From positions 1 through 28,231 of IMG/VR virus record IMGVR_UViG_3300034119_000759: a DNA stretch of 28,231 nt; one strand, given 5' to 3'. The notes beneath the pieces are model-generated. The model ran no database searches, was not told where the DNA came from, and saw nothing but the letters and a program-made list of their open reading frames with translations. The position numbers were made by a program, and so were the translations under genes. This document shows, one piece after another, positions 1 to 6,947 of this stretch (positions within the stretch are counted from its first letter, which is position 1; every line of letters starts with the position of its first letter). The DNA comes from a virus. Its lineage: Duplodnaviria; Caudoviricetes.

Positions 1-6
1 CACCCT

Positions 7-792
7 ATGAAAGGGAACCAAGCGGGGCGCGGCCTCATTGCCGAGTTTGAGGGCCAGAGGCTCACCGCCTATCGCTGCCCAGCGGGCGTGTGGACCATCG
101 GCATCGGCTCCACTCAACCGCCGGTCACTCCGGGCATGCAGATCACGGTCGATCAAATGTGGGAGCGGTTCGACCACGACATCGCAATATACGAGACGGG
201 CGTTCTGGCGGCACTGGCCGGAGCCCCGACGACACAGAACCAGTTTAACGCGATGGTTTCGCTGGCCTTCAATATCGGCCTTGGCGGCTTCCGCACGTCC
301 TCTGTGTTGAGGGCGCACAAGGCGGGCAACACGTCAGCCGCTGCCAATGCCTTCGGCTTATGGAACAAGGCGACGGTTGACGGCAAGCTGGTGGAAATGC
401 CGGGTTTGACCCGCCGCCGGGCCGCCGAGACGGCGCTATACCTCACGCCGGACGCCGTGGGCCATGTCGAGCGCGCGTGGGCCATGCCGCAGGCGGTCGC
501 CAAGCCGGCCGGCGCAAGCTCGTCCAAGGCGGTCTTGACCAACGTCGGTGTCGGCGCTGGTGCGGCCACCCTGGCGATTTCCAACCTGCAGCCCGCCATT
601 GAGGCAGTTAACAGCGCCGTAGAGGCCGCCAAATCTGCCCAAGGTACGTGGGCAAGCCTTTGGGACCTACTATCGCCCCTGTCCAACGGACACGTCTATA
701 CGGCCCTGATAGCGGCCGGAATAACGCTTGCGGCAGTCTACCTGATCCGGCGGGTATTTCGGCGCGTGAAGTCGGGGGAGATCACACCATGA
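7..792 (+). CDS. Endolysin, GH24 phage lysozyme with hydrophobic C-terminal extension
   Basis: E15-x8-C24-x5-T30 catalytic triad (EFEG..YRCPAGVWTIGIG), QNQFNAMVSLAFNIG and GLTRRRAAE motifs; C-terminal hydrophobic segment followed by RRVFRR. Confidence 0.93.
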   Translation: MKGNQAGRGLIAEFEGQRLTAYRCPAGVWTIGIGSTQPPVTPGMQITVDQMWERFDHDIAIYETGVLAALAGAPTTQNQFNAMVSLAFNIGLGGFRTSSVLRAHKAGNTSAAANAFGLWNKATVDGKLVEMPGLTRRRAAETALYLTPDAVGHVERAWAMPQAVAKPAGASSSKAVLTNVGVGAGAATLAISNLQPAIEAVNSAVEAAKSAQGTWASLWDLLSPLSNGHVYTALIAAGITLAAVYLIRRVFRRVKSGEITP

Positions 793-893
793 GGAAAAAT
801 GCTGCGGCGGGAAACGTAGTAGGTACCCTAGCTGGCCTCCGGAGCCGTGTTTGCCATCCTTTCGGACCGCCGCAGCCCGGAAAGTATAGCTAA
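789..893 (+). CDS. Possible 34-aa leader/linker ORF (MRKNAAAGNVV...GKYS)
   Basis: ATG overlaps lysin stop (ATGA 789-792); stop 3 nt before spanin ATG; no recognisable motif. Confidence 0.25.
   Translation: MRKNAAAGNVVGTLAGLRSRVCHPFGPPQPGKYS
795..877 (-). ncRNA. Putative structured antisense small RNA (~80 nt)
   Basis: 10-bp perfect terminal stem 801-810/867-876, internal UCC-GAAA-GGA hairpin, U5 tract at 795-799, upstream promoter-like TAGAAA-17-TATACT. Confidence 0.45.
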
Positions 894-911
894 GTCATGC
901 CGACTTTTCTA
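883..911 (-). promoter_or_regulatory. Putative sigma70 promoter, antisense to lysis genes
   Basis: Minus strand TAGAAA (911-906), 17-bp spacer, TATACT (888-883); predicted +1 near 876-877. Confidence 0.45.
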
Positions 912-1133
912 GCGGGGATATGGGCCAAGGTCGCCTTTGGTGCGGCCTTTGTCGGCCTTCTGTTGCTGGCCGTGTTCCGGCTCATCGGTATAGGCCGCAA
1001 CTCGGAGCGGGGCGCCGCTGCGGTGGATGCGCTGCAGCGCACAAAGGACGCGAACGAGGCCCGCGCCAACGCCTCCCGGCCAATCTCGAAAGACGAGGAA
1101 GCCAATGATGCGTTTAACCGCGACAATCGTTAG
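897..1133 (+). CDS. Rz: Inner-membrane spanin (Rz-like)
   Basis: N-terminal TM helix followed by Ala-rich helical periplasmic segment; follows endolysin and overlaps a lipoprotein gene. Confidence 0.75.
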   Translation: MPTFLAGIWAKVAFGAAFVGLLLLAVFRLIGIGRNSERGAAAVDALQRTKDANEARANASRPISKDEEANDAFNRDNR

Positions 1134-1284
1134 CGTCCTACTGCTGGCCGGATGCGCCGGGCAGGTGGTCGATACGTCCTGCACCGCCTTTCAGCCCATC
1201 ACTTATTCGGCGGCGGGCGATACAGAGCCCACGAAGTCGCAAATCCGGGGCCACAACGCCGCTTGGCAGCGGCTCTGCAAATGA
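1105..1284 (+). CDS. Rz1: Outer-membrane spanin lipoprotein (Rz1-like)
   Basis: MMRLTATIVSVLLLAGC lipobox signal; GAGGAA upstream; starts inside Rz in another frame; two further Cys. Confidence 0.8.
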   Translation: MMRLTATIVSVLLLAGCAGQVVDTSCTAFQPITYSAAGDTEPTKSQIRGHNAAWQRLCK

Positions 1285-1583
1285 CCCGCGCGGCCATCCT
1301 GGTTTTGTTCCTTATCATAGGTTCATCCGCCGCTTACGCCCATGACAAGTACCACGAGTGGAAGATACCCGGCACCGAGACAAGCTGCTGTGATGATCGT
1401 GATTGCAAGCCGGTCCGCGCCCGCGCCAACATAGACGGACTGTGGCAGGTCTGGCACGAGGGCCGGTGGCTTGACGTGCAGCCTCGATCCATCCTGCCCA
1501 TTCCCTCGCCGGATGGCCGAAGCCACGCCTGCATCATCGGATCGACTGTGCTTTGCATGGTGCCGGGCGAGGTTCGCTCCTAA
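1281..1583 (+). CDS. Secreted Cys-rich hypothetical protein (100 aa)
   Basis: ATGA overlap with Rz1 stop; signal peptide ending AYA; SCCDDRDC, HAC and LC cysteine pattern. Confidence 0.8.
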   Translation: MTRAAILVLFLIIGSSAAYAHDKYHEWKIPGTETSCCDDRDCKPVRARANIDGLWQVWHEGRWLDVQPRSILPIPSPDGRSHACIIGSTVLCMVPGEVRS

Positions 1584-2836
1584 TGGCGCAGGCAAGCCTT
1601 TCGGACGAGGCTTGCCAGCAGGCGGCCGATGCCTTTGCCCGCTTTGGCAGCCAGCGCGCGGCGGCCGACTCCCTCGGGATTTCGCGGTCTACCTTCCAGC
1701 ACCGCATCAACGAAGCCGAGCGCCGGGGCTTCATGGGCGACGGCCCGCGTATGGTGATGCGTGGTCAATCGGTCCTTTACGATGCCCAAGGCAACGAGCG
1801 GGGGCGGTGGGACAAGACCCGCCTTGCCGGGCGCCCGGAGGCCGACACCGTCCAGCTTCCAGATCCGAAACGGATTACCAAAACCAGCCGCCTCTTTGAC
1901 CAGACCGGCGCCGTCATCCAGCAATGGGTATCGGAGAAGGCGGACGAGGCCGAACGCGAGGCGCTATGGAAGCAATGCGCGGAAGATATTGCGGCGGAGG
2001 TGAAGCGCGCGAAGCCGGTCGCCAGAGGCCGCCATGCCGTGTCCGCCGACGTGCTGGCCGTCTACCCGGTGGGAGATCACCACGTCGGTATGTTAGCTTG
2101 GAGCGAAGAAACCGGCGGCGAGAGCTACGATCTGAGCCGGAGCGAGCAGCTTCTAGCGGACGCTTCGCAACGGCTGATTGAGGTGTGCCCGCCGTCAGAG
2201 CAGGCGCTAATCGCATTTTTGGGCGATTTCCTTCACTACGATTCGTATGCCGCCGTCACGCCGATGCACAAGAACCTGCTGGACGCAGACGGGCGGTTCC
2301 CAAAGATGATCCGGGTGGCCGTTCGCATGGTCCGGCATATGATCGCGGCGGCGCTGGCCCGGCATGGCAATATTCGGGTGATCTTCGAGAAGGGCAATCA
2401 CGATCCGGCGACGGCGGCATTCATGACCGTTCTGCTCGGCTGCCTGTACGAAAACGAGCCGCGCGTGAGTGTCGATACCTCGCCGCAGCATTTCCATTAC
2501 TACGAATTCGGCCGCGTCCTCATCGGCACGCACCACGGCGACAAAGCCAAGCTGCAGCAACTCCCGGCTATTATGGCAACAGACCAGCCGGAAGCCTGGG
2601 GGCGCACATCGTACCGGCTCTGGCTGACCGGCCACGTCCACCACGAGGCCATCAAAGAATTTCTCGGCTGCCACGTCGAAACCTTGGGCGTCCTGCCACC
2701 AGCCGATGCCTACGCAGCGTCGAATGGCTATCGCTCCCGGCAGTCCATGAAAGCCATCGTGTTCCACCGCGAGCATGGCGAGGTGGAGCGTCACACCGTG
2801 AATCCCGGCATGTTCAGCGCGAGGGCCGCAGCATGA
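1583..2836 (+). CDS. Calcineurin-like metallophosphoesterase with N-terminal HTH
   Basis: TAATG overlap; HTH SQRAAADSLGISRSTF; ordered metal motifs GDHH, GDFLH, GNHD, HHGD, GHVHH. Confidence 0.85.
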   Translation: MAQASLSDEACQQAADAFARFGSQRAAADSLGISRSTFQHRINEAERRGFMGDGPRMVMRGQSVLYDAQGNERGRWDKTRLAGRPEADTVQLPDPKRITKTSRLFDQTGAVIQQWVSEKADEAEREALWKQCAEDIAAEVKRAKPVARGRHAVSADVLAVYPVGDHHVGMLAWSEETGGESYDLSRSEQLLADASQRLIEVCPPSEQALIAFLGDFLHYDSYAAVTPMHKNLLDADGRFPKMIRVAVRMVRHMIAAALARHGNIRVIFEKGNHDPATAAFMTVLLGCLYENEPRVSVDTSPQHFHYYEFGRVLIGTHHGDKAKLQQLPAIMATDQPEAWGRTSYRLWLTGHVHHEAIKEFLGCHVETLGVLPPADAYAASNGYRSRQSMKAIVFHREHGEVERHTVNPGMFSARAAA

Positions 2837-3051
2837 AAATCGTTCGTGTGACGTGGAACGACGCGCTTGCCGTTGCCATGTGGTGCAAACATACGGAGCC
2901 GATGGAGGCTCAAATCTGCACTACGGTTGGCTTCCTTGTGGCAGAAGACGACGCGCACGTCATGGTCGCGGCCACCGTCTCGGATGACGAGTACATAGCG
3001 GCGCAGCAGATCCCGCGCGCCCTGATTCAGGCTATGGACGAGATTGCGTGA
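2833..3051 (+). CDS. Phage hypothetical protein (72 aa, VTWNDA...CTTVGFL)
   Basis: ATGA overlap with phosphoesterase stop; globular composition; real start is at the end of the 2185 track ORF. Confidence 0.75.
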   Translation: MKIVRVTWNDALAVAMWCKHTEPMEAQICTTVGFLVAEDDAHVMVAATVSDDEYIAAQQIPRALIQAMDEIA

Positions 3052-3257
3052 GCCGTCATTATCTGCGTATGCCCGCGCCACTTCTTTGGAATGCGCCAAG
3101 CGTGCGGACCAAAGACGACGACATCGTCTGGAGCGCAATCGCCTAGAACTGACCACGTTGCGTATTCATGGGTGAAGTCTGGGCGGCCCCAGATACGAAC
3201 GGCCGACCAATACTCTTCGCCCCTGAAGCCCACGAAGTGAACGGCGGGCTCGCTCAT
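3027..3257 (-). CDS. Phage hypothetical protein (VHFVGFRGEEYWSAVRIWGRPDF)
   Basis: Last gene of leftward operon; ATGA overlap with upstream gene. Confidence 0.7.
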   Translation of the reverse strand: MSEPAVHFVGFRGEEYWSAVRIWGRPDFTHEYATWSVLGDCAPDDVVVFGPHAWRIPKKWRGHTQIMTAHAISSIA

Positions 3258-3655
3258 GTCTCAATCTTTCTTGGCCACGGCTGCGGCACGTAGGAGTGTG
3301 CACCGGCATCTTTCTCCGTCACATCTTCCCCGGCGGCGGCGCGGTCGATAATCTCCTTGATGATGAGAGTGCAAACGTGCCCGACGCTGGGTGCCCTCAG
3401 CCATGTGTTTTCCCCGACATCAGCCAACTTGCCCAGCGTCCAGTCGTGCCAATCACCGATCTGCTGTGAGGCATCGCCTCGCTTCCGAGAGAGGTCGTAC
3501 AAGACACGCTTCGGGCCTCGCGTCTTGCCAACGCTGGGGATGTCCCAGTCGATCTGCTCCAGGGGGATTTCTCGCCAACTTGCCTTGGGTTTGACTCTGG
3601 CTTCCTTCGGCGGAGGCCACGGCTCACCGCTGCCAACCTCATATGATGCAGTCAT
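3254..3655 (-). CDS. Protein with RNA polymerase alpha-CTD-like helix-hairpin-helix domain
   Basis: SD GAGGGAG before ATG 3655; TLGKLADVGENTWLRAPSVGHVCTLIIKEII aligns ungapped with RpoA CTD pattern [30 protein letters not shown]. Confidence 0.6.
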   Translation of the reverse strand: MTASYEVGSGEPWPPPKEARVKPKASWREIPLEQIDWDIPSVGKTRGPKRVLYDLSRKRGDASQQIGDWHDWTLGKLADVGENTWLRAPSVGHVCTLIIKEIIDRAAAGEDVTEKDAGAHSYVPQPWPRKIET

Positions 3656-3804
3656 CTTGGATTCTCCCTCTGAAACTTCTCGATAGCCTGCGTGATCCTC
3701 TCCCACTCGGCTGGGTCTGTGACGGCGAGGCGGTTGTGGGTTATGCTGTTCTGACGCCACCAGCGTTCCCAATCCTCGCGGTCCTTCCACGGCCCGGCGG
3801 TCAT
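3652..3804 (-). CDS. Hypothetical protein (50 aa, Trp-rich)
   Basis: ATGA overlaps at both ends; GGAGAGGTGG upstream. Confidence 0.65.
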   Translation of the reverse strand: MTAGPWKDREDWERWWRQNSITHNRLAVTDPAEWERITQAIEKFQRENPR

Positions 3805-4145
3805 CGCAGCACCACCTCTCCGCTGATCTTCTTCTTCCATTTTGACCGGAAGGCGGGAGGCTTGCGGATACCCAGATGCTTGGCCTTCATGCGCTTCGCC
3901 TTCGCGCCTGCGGCCACGTCCACCTTGTCTTTGACCCGTCTGCAATCCTCATGCGCGGGTCCGCAATTCTCGTCGGTATCGTCGCCGCCCAGCATCAGGG
4001 CGCGGACATGCTCGACAATCCATTCCTCGCGAACACCGTCAATCTTCCGGTTGCACAAAACGCAGACGCCCTTGTGCGCTTCCCAGATTCGGAGGCGGCG
4101 CATCTGGCCCATGGGCTTGCGGCGGGTGGTGCCTACGTCGATCAT
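3801..4145 (-). CDS. HNH endonuclease
   Basis: CVLC zinc knuckle, EHVRALMLGG..DENC..AHEDC; basic C-terminus. Confidence 0.85.
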   Translation of the reverse strand: MIDVGTTRRKPMGQMRRLRIWEAHKGVCVLCNRKIDGVREEWIVEHVRALMLGGDDTDENCGPAHEDCRRVKDKVDVAAGAKAKRMKAKHLGIRKPPAFRSKWKKKISGEVVLR

Positions 4146-4603
4146 GCTGCCTGCCTCTGAGCGCAAGCAAGAAGGTCGCCCGGATCGGTGAGGGCAATTC
4201 CCTTCTCGCTGAAATGCCGGTGGACGCAGTCCAGATATGTGGTGAATTGCTTCGTGTTCATCTTGCGTGTGACGGCGAAGTCGAACGGCTCCATCATCAG
4301 CTTTAGCTTTAGTTCGTAGGGCAGGGGCCGCACCGTGGCGTCGTATGCTTCACGGAACTCTTCGTTTTCCGCCCGCAGGATGGGAACGCCGAGCGTGAGC
4401 TTGCAGTATCCTCGGATTTCCTCGGAAGTCTGGTCGCCCAACTGCTCGGCAATCTCGCCCATCCAAAGCCGGTTGAGCGCGTTCTGTTTCAGGGTCCGTT
4501 TCCCGCCTTTCGACATGATGACGGTCAACGGCAGAGGCTGCGCTTCCAGGAAGCGGATCAGCATACGGCGGTCGCCCTCCGATTCAAGGAAGCGCGTTGC
4601 CAT
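4142..4603 (-). CDS. ninB: NinB/Orf-like recombination accessory protein
   Basis: KRTLKQNAL..LWMGEIAEQ and TRKMNTKQFTTYLD motifs; adjacent to erf. Confidence 0.7.
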   Translation of the reverse strand: MATRFLESEGDRRMLIRFLEAQPLPLTVIMSKGGKRTLKQNALNRLWMGEIAEQLGDQTSEEIRGYCKLTLGVPILRAENEEFREAYDATVRPLPYELKLKLMMEPFDFAVTRKMNTKQFTTYLDCVHRHFSEKGIALTDPGDLLACAQRQAA

Positions 4604-4605
4604 CG

Positions 4606-5364
4606 TTATGCTGCCCTGTCGCGAAGAGACAGCCGGGCATTGTCGAGCGCGTCCTGCACCCGCTGGTGCTGGTCGGGGTAGTTATCCGACAGCCTGTCCA
4701 TGTACGCCGCGTTTTTCGGTTCATCCGACCATCCGTCCAGATCCGCAATGGACTGCGCAAAGTTGAGCGTCTGAATTGCCAAGTCCGCCCACTGCTTCGC
4801 AGCCGCCTCGCTCTTCTTGTCCTTGGCGACTTGATAGGTGCTGCGCGTCTCAGTGGTGAGCCCGTCCCGGCGCGCCTCGTCTGCAAAGTCGCTGGGGTGA
4901 GTGCTGGTGGGAATGTGCGTGTTCGCCTTGCCCGCAGCCGCGTTGCCGTCATCGTCCACCGGGGCGACGCCGCATACGGCGGACAGGGAGAATCGGCGGG
5001 CATAGGTCGTTGCCGATCCGAACCCGTGCGCGTCCTGCTTCGCGGTCGGAACCGAGAAAGTGCCGCTCATCCACTGGCCGGATGAGTGCAGAAGGATCGT
5101 CTCGACTTCGACCGAGTTGCCATCGCGGCGGGGGAACTGGACGACCGACAAGCCATTCTTGGAGAACGGCTCGCGGATGGCATCCCAAACCGCGCCCAGG
5201 TCGGCATACTTGCTGCGGAAGGCCGGGTTGCTCTTGTCCTTGATCGCGCCCTCGATCTCGCCCTGTGCCTTGGCGAGCGCGGCGGCGAGTTTGTCTAGTT
5301 CGCGCGAACGGCTCTGCGGGGTTTCGACTTTCGCCGCCATTTCGTGGGTCATGATGGTATCCAT
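4606..5364 (-). CDS. erf: ERF-family single-strand annealing protein
   Basis: LAAALAKAQ..KDKSNPAFRSKYADL and GSATTYARRFSL..DDDGNAA signatures; SD GGAGG before ATG 5364. Confidence 0.92.
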   Translation of the reverse strand: MDTIMTHEMAAKVETPQSRSRELDKLAAALAKAQGEIEGAIKDKSNPAFRSKYADLGAVWDAIREPFSKNGLSVVQFPRRDGNSVEVETILLHSSGQWMSGTFSVPTAKQDAHGFGSATTYARRFSLSAVCGVAPVDDDGNAAAGKANTHIPTSTHPSDFADEARRDGLTTETRSTYQVAKDKKSEAAAKQWADLAIQTLNFAQSIADLDGWSDEPKNAAYMDRLSDNYPDQHQRVQDALDNARLSLRDRAA

Positions 5365-5381
5365 TAAAGTCACTCCTCCAG

Positions 5382-5501
5382 TTATTGAATTCGAGCGCGT
5401 ATCCAGCGCCACACCCGCCGCCACCAGGAGCGGCGAGAGAGAGGCGGGTGAATGGTCCCGCCGATGGCGAGAAGCCGCTCGTGGCCAACATCTATCGTCA
5501 T
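5382..5501 (-). CDS. 39-aa peptide with Trp/Arg-rich C-terminus (not in ORF track)
   Basis: MTIDVGHERLLAIGGTIHPPLSRRSWWRRVWRWIRARIQ; GGGGGAAG upstream; fills the gap between neighbours. Confidence 0.6.
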   Translation of the reverse strand: MTIDVGHERLLAIGGTIHPPLSRRSWWRRVWRWIRARIQ

Positions 5502-5503
5502 GG

Positions 5504-5728
5504 CTACTTCCCCCCGTTTTTTGAAAAGTGATCAAACAGATTGACCGCTTTCTGCAAATCAACGAGCCCGTCTCGCACGGCGTTCGACATGTCCTCACTT
5601 CCGGACAAAGTCAGGTCACCGGCCTCGATTGCACCACGCAGCCTGCGCAGGAGTGTCGTCGCGGCCTTGCTTACCTCGTGGCCGGCGAGCGCGACGCCCA
5701 GCGTGTAATCCATCTTCTTCTTGCTCAC
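5504..5728 (-). CDS. Hypothetical protein (74 aa)
   Basis: GTG start in GTGA overlap, SD GGAGG. Confidence 0.65.
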   Translation of the reverse strand: MSKKKMDYTLGVALAGHEVSKAATTLLRRLRGAIEAGDLTLSGSEDMSNAVRDGLVDLQKAVNLFDHFSKNGGK

Positions 5729-6171
5729 AGTCCCGCCTCCTTGCGCGCGGCCTTGTAGTTCCGCACGGCTCTGAGAAACCCGGCCCACAACTCGCGGCGC
5801 TTCTGCAGCCACGCGGCCCGCGTCTCGCGCTTCCAGTCGCAGAACGGCACGAACGACCACGGCGTCCGCTTCTCGCTCTCGTGGGCCTGAAGGTGTGACA
5901 GCCAGAGCAGCGCGGCCCCTGCGTGCGCCTCGTGCGGGAACTGGCCGACCTCGTCATTCGACGGGAAGTCCCAGCGATCCACCGTCACGCCTAGCTCGGC
6001 CTCGACGCGGAGATAGTCGCGCTCCCGGTGGCGAACCTCTGCCGTGCAGACGGCGGTTGCCCACTGTCGGAAGTTACCGCCTTCGATGGCGTGCGACGGG
6101 AGCGGGCGACGGAGCAGGGCGACCTTTTGGGCAAAGGACAGTTCCGGGCGTGTGTAGATGAGAGCGTCCAT
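5725..6171 (-). CDS. Hypothetical protein (148 aa)
   Basis: Tiles with neighbours in leftward operon. Confidence 0.7.
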   Translation of the reverse strand: MDALIYTRPELSFAQKVALLRRPLPSHAIEGGNFRQWATAVCTAEVRHRERDYLRVEAELGVTVDRWDFPSNDEVGQFPHEAHAGAALLWLSHLQAHESEKRTPWSFVPFCDWKRETRAAWLQKRRELWAGFLRAVRNYKAARKEAGL

Positions 6172-6172
6172 G

Positions 6173-6355
6173 TCAGACCTTCACTTTCGGATAGATGCCA
6201 AGCAGGCTGGCGGCGCGGCGGCAGTCGCCCAGCGTGACCGTGACGTGCCGGGGCTGCTCGTTGTCGAGGTCGCTGTCGCCAATCACGTCGGCGGCGCGGG
6301 CGTAGGCTTCCACGAAGGGCCGCAGCGCGCGGATGATTTTGTCTTTGTCGGTCAT
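6173..6355 (-). CDS. Hypothetical protein (60 aa)
   Basis: ATGA overlap, GGAG upstream. Confidence 0.7.
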   Translation of the reverse strand: MTDKDKIIRALRPFVEAYARAADVIGDSDLDNEQPRHVTVTLGDCRRAASLLGIYPKVKV

Positions 6356-6696
6356 TTGCCGCGCTCCGTCAGGGCGTCATCGCGGGCGGCACGGCGGCGA
6401 AAGTCGGCGGCATCCTCGCGGGCGCTGGTGTTGTCGTCGGACGCTGCGTTGCAGGCGTCCTCGTAGCCATCTGCGGTCAAGTACTCGCCCGCCCATTCCT
6501 CAAGCATGATCTGCATCATGTCGCTGATCTGGTGGTGGACGAGCTTGGCAGAGATCAGATCGACCTCCGCAGGGTCGGCCGGGTCAATGCGCGTGGCGCG
6601 ACTGCCGGGCGTGTAGGTGTACTCGATCAGCACTTCCAGGCTGTCAGGCTGAAGGCCGAACGGGCAGTACGCCGTCATCTTGTGCTTGGTTGCCAT
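6352..6696 (-). CDS. Acidic hypothetical protein
   Basis: SD GGAGG, TGATG overlap with upstream gene. Confidence 0.7.
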   Translation of the reverse strand: MATKHKMTAYCPFGLQPDSLEVLIEYTYTPGSRATRIDPADPAEVDLISAKLVHHQISDMMQIMLEEWAGEYLTADGYEDACNAASDDNTSAREDAADFRRRAARDDALTERGK

Positions 6697-6920
6697 CACG
6701 CGGCCTCCACGGCGCGCGGCTCGGCGTGGTTGATGGCGTTCTCCAGAGCGATGGCGAGGGCGCAGGCGTCGGCCATGTAGAGCAGGACCTGGAACTCGCC
6801 GTTCTGCCCGGTGTCGCCAAACTTGATGTTGATGAACGACGGGTGCCCGTCTTTCGGAAACCCGGTGACGTGGATGCCGGGGCGGTTCTCGCGCTTTACG
6901 CTGAAGGTCTTGTTGGTCAT
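6696..6920 (-). CDS. Hypothetical protein (74 aa)
   Basis: Strong SD AGGAGG within repeated intergenic element. Confidence 0.75.
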   Translation of the reverse strand: MTNKTFSVKRENRPGIHVTGFPKDGHPSFINIKFGDTGQNGEFQVLLYMADACALAIALENAINHAEPRAVEAA

Positions 6921-6921
6921 T

Positions 6922-6947
6922 CTGTCCTCCTGTCGGGTGTGGTTAGG
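6922..6947 (-). repeat. Direct repeat copy 1 (stop codon + SD element)
   Basis: CCTAACCACACCCGACAGGAGGACAG on minus strand; matches 8192-8218 except for one base indel. Confidence 0.85.

Noticed and set aside
801-876. tRNA or c-di-GMP-I riboswitch call for the 76-nt multi-stem element
   Set aside because: No TTCRA T-loop, D-loop or 7-nt anticodon loop geometry; GGCAAAC follows rather than precedes the GAAA hairpin, so riboswitch order is wrong
2185-2832. Upstream part of the 288-aa track ORF as an overlapping gene
   Set aside because: Arg/Ala-rich alternative frame of the phosphoesterase; only the part from ATG 2833 looks protein-like
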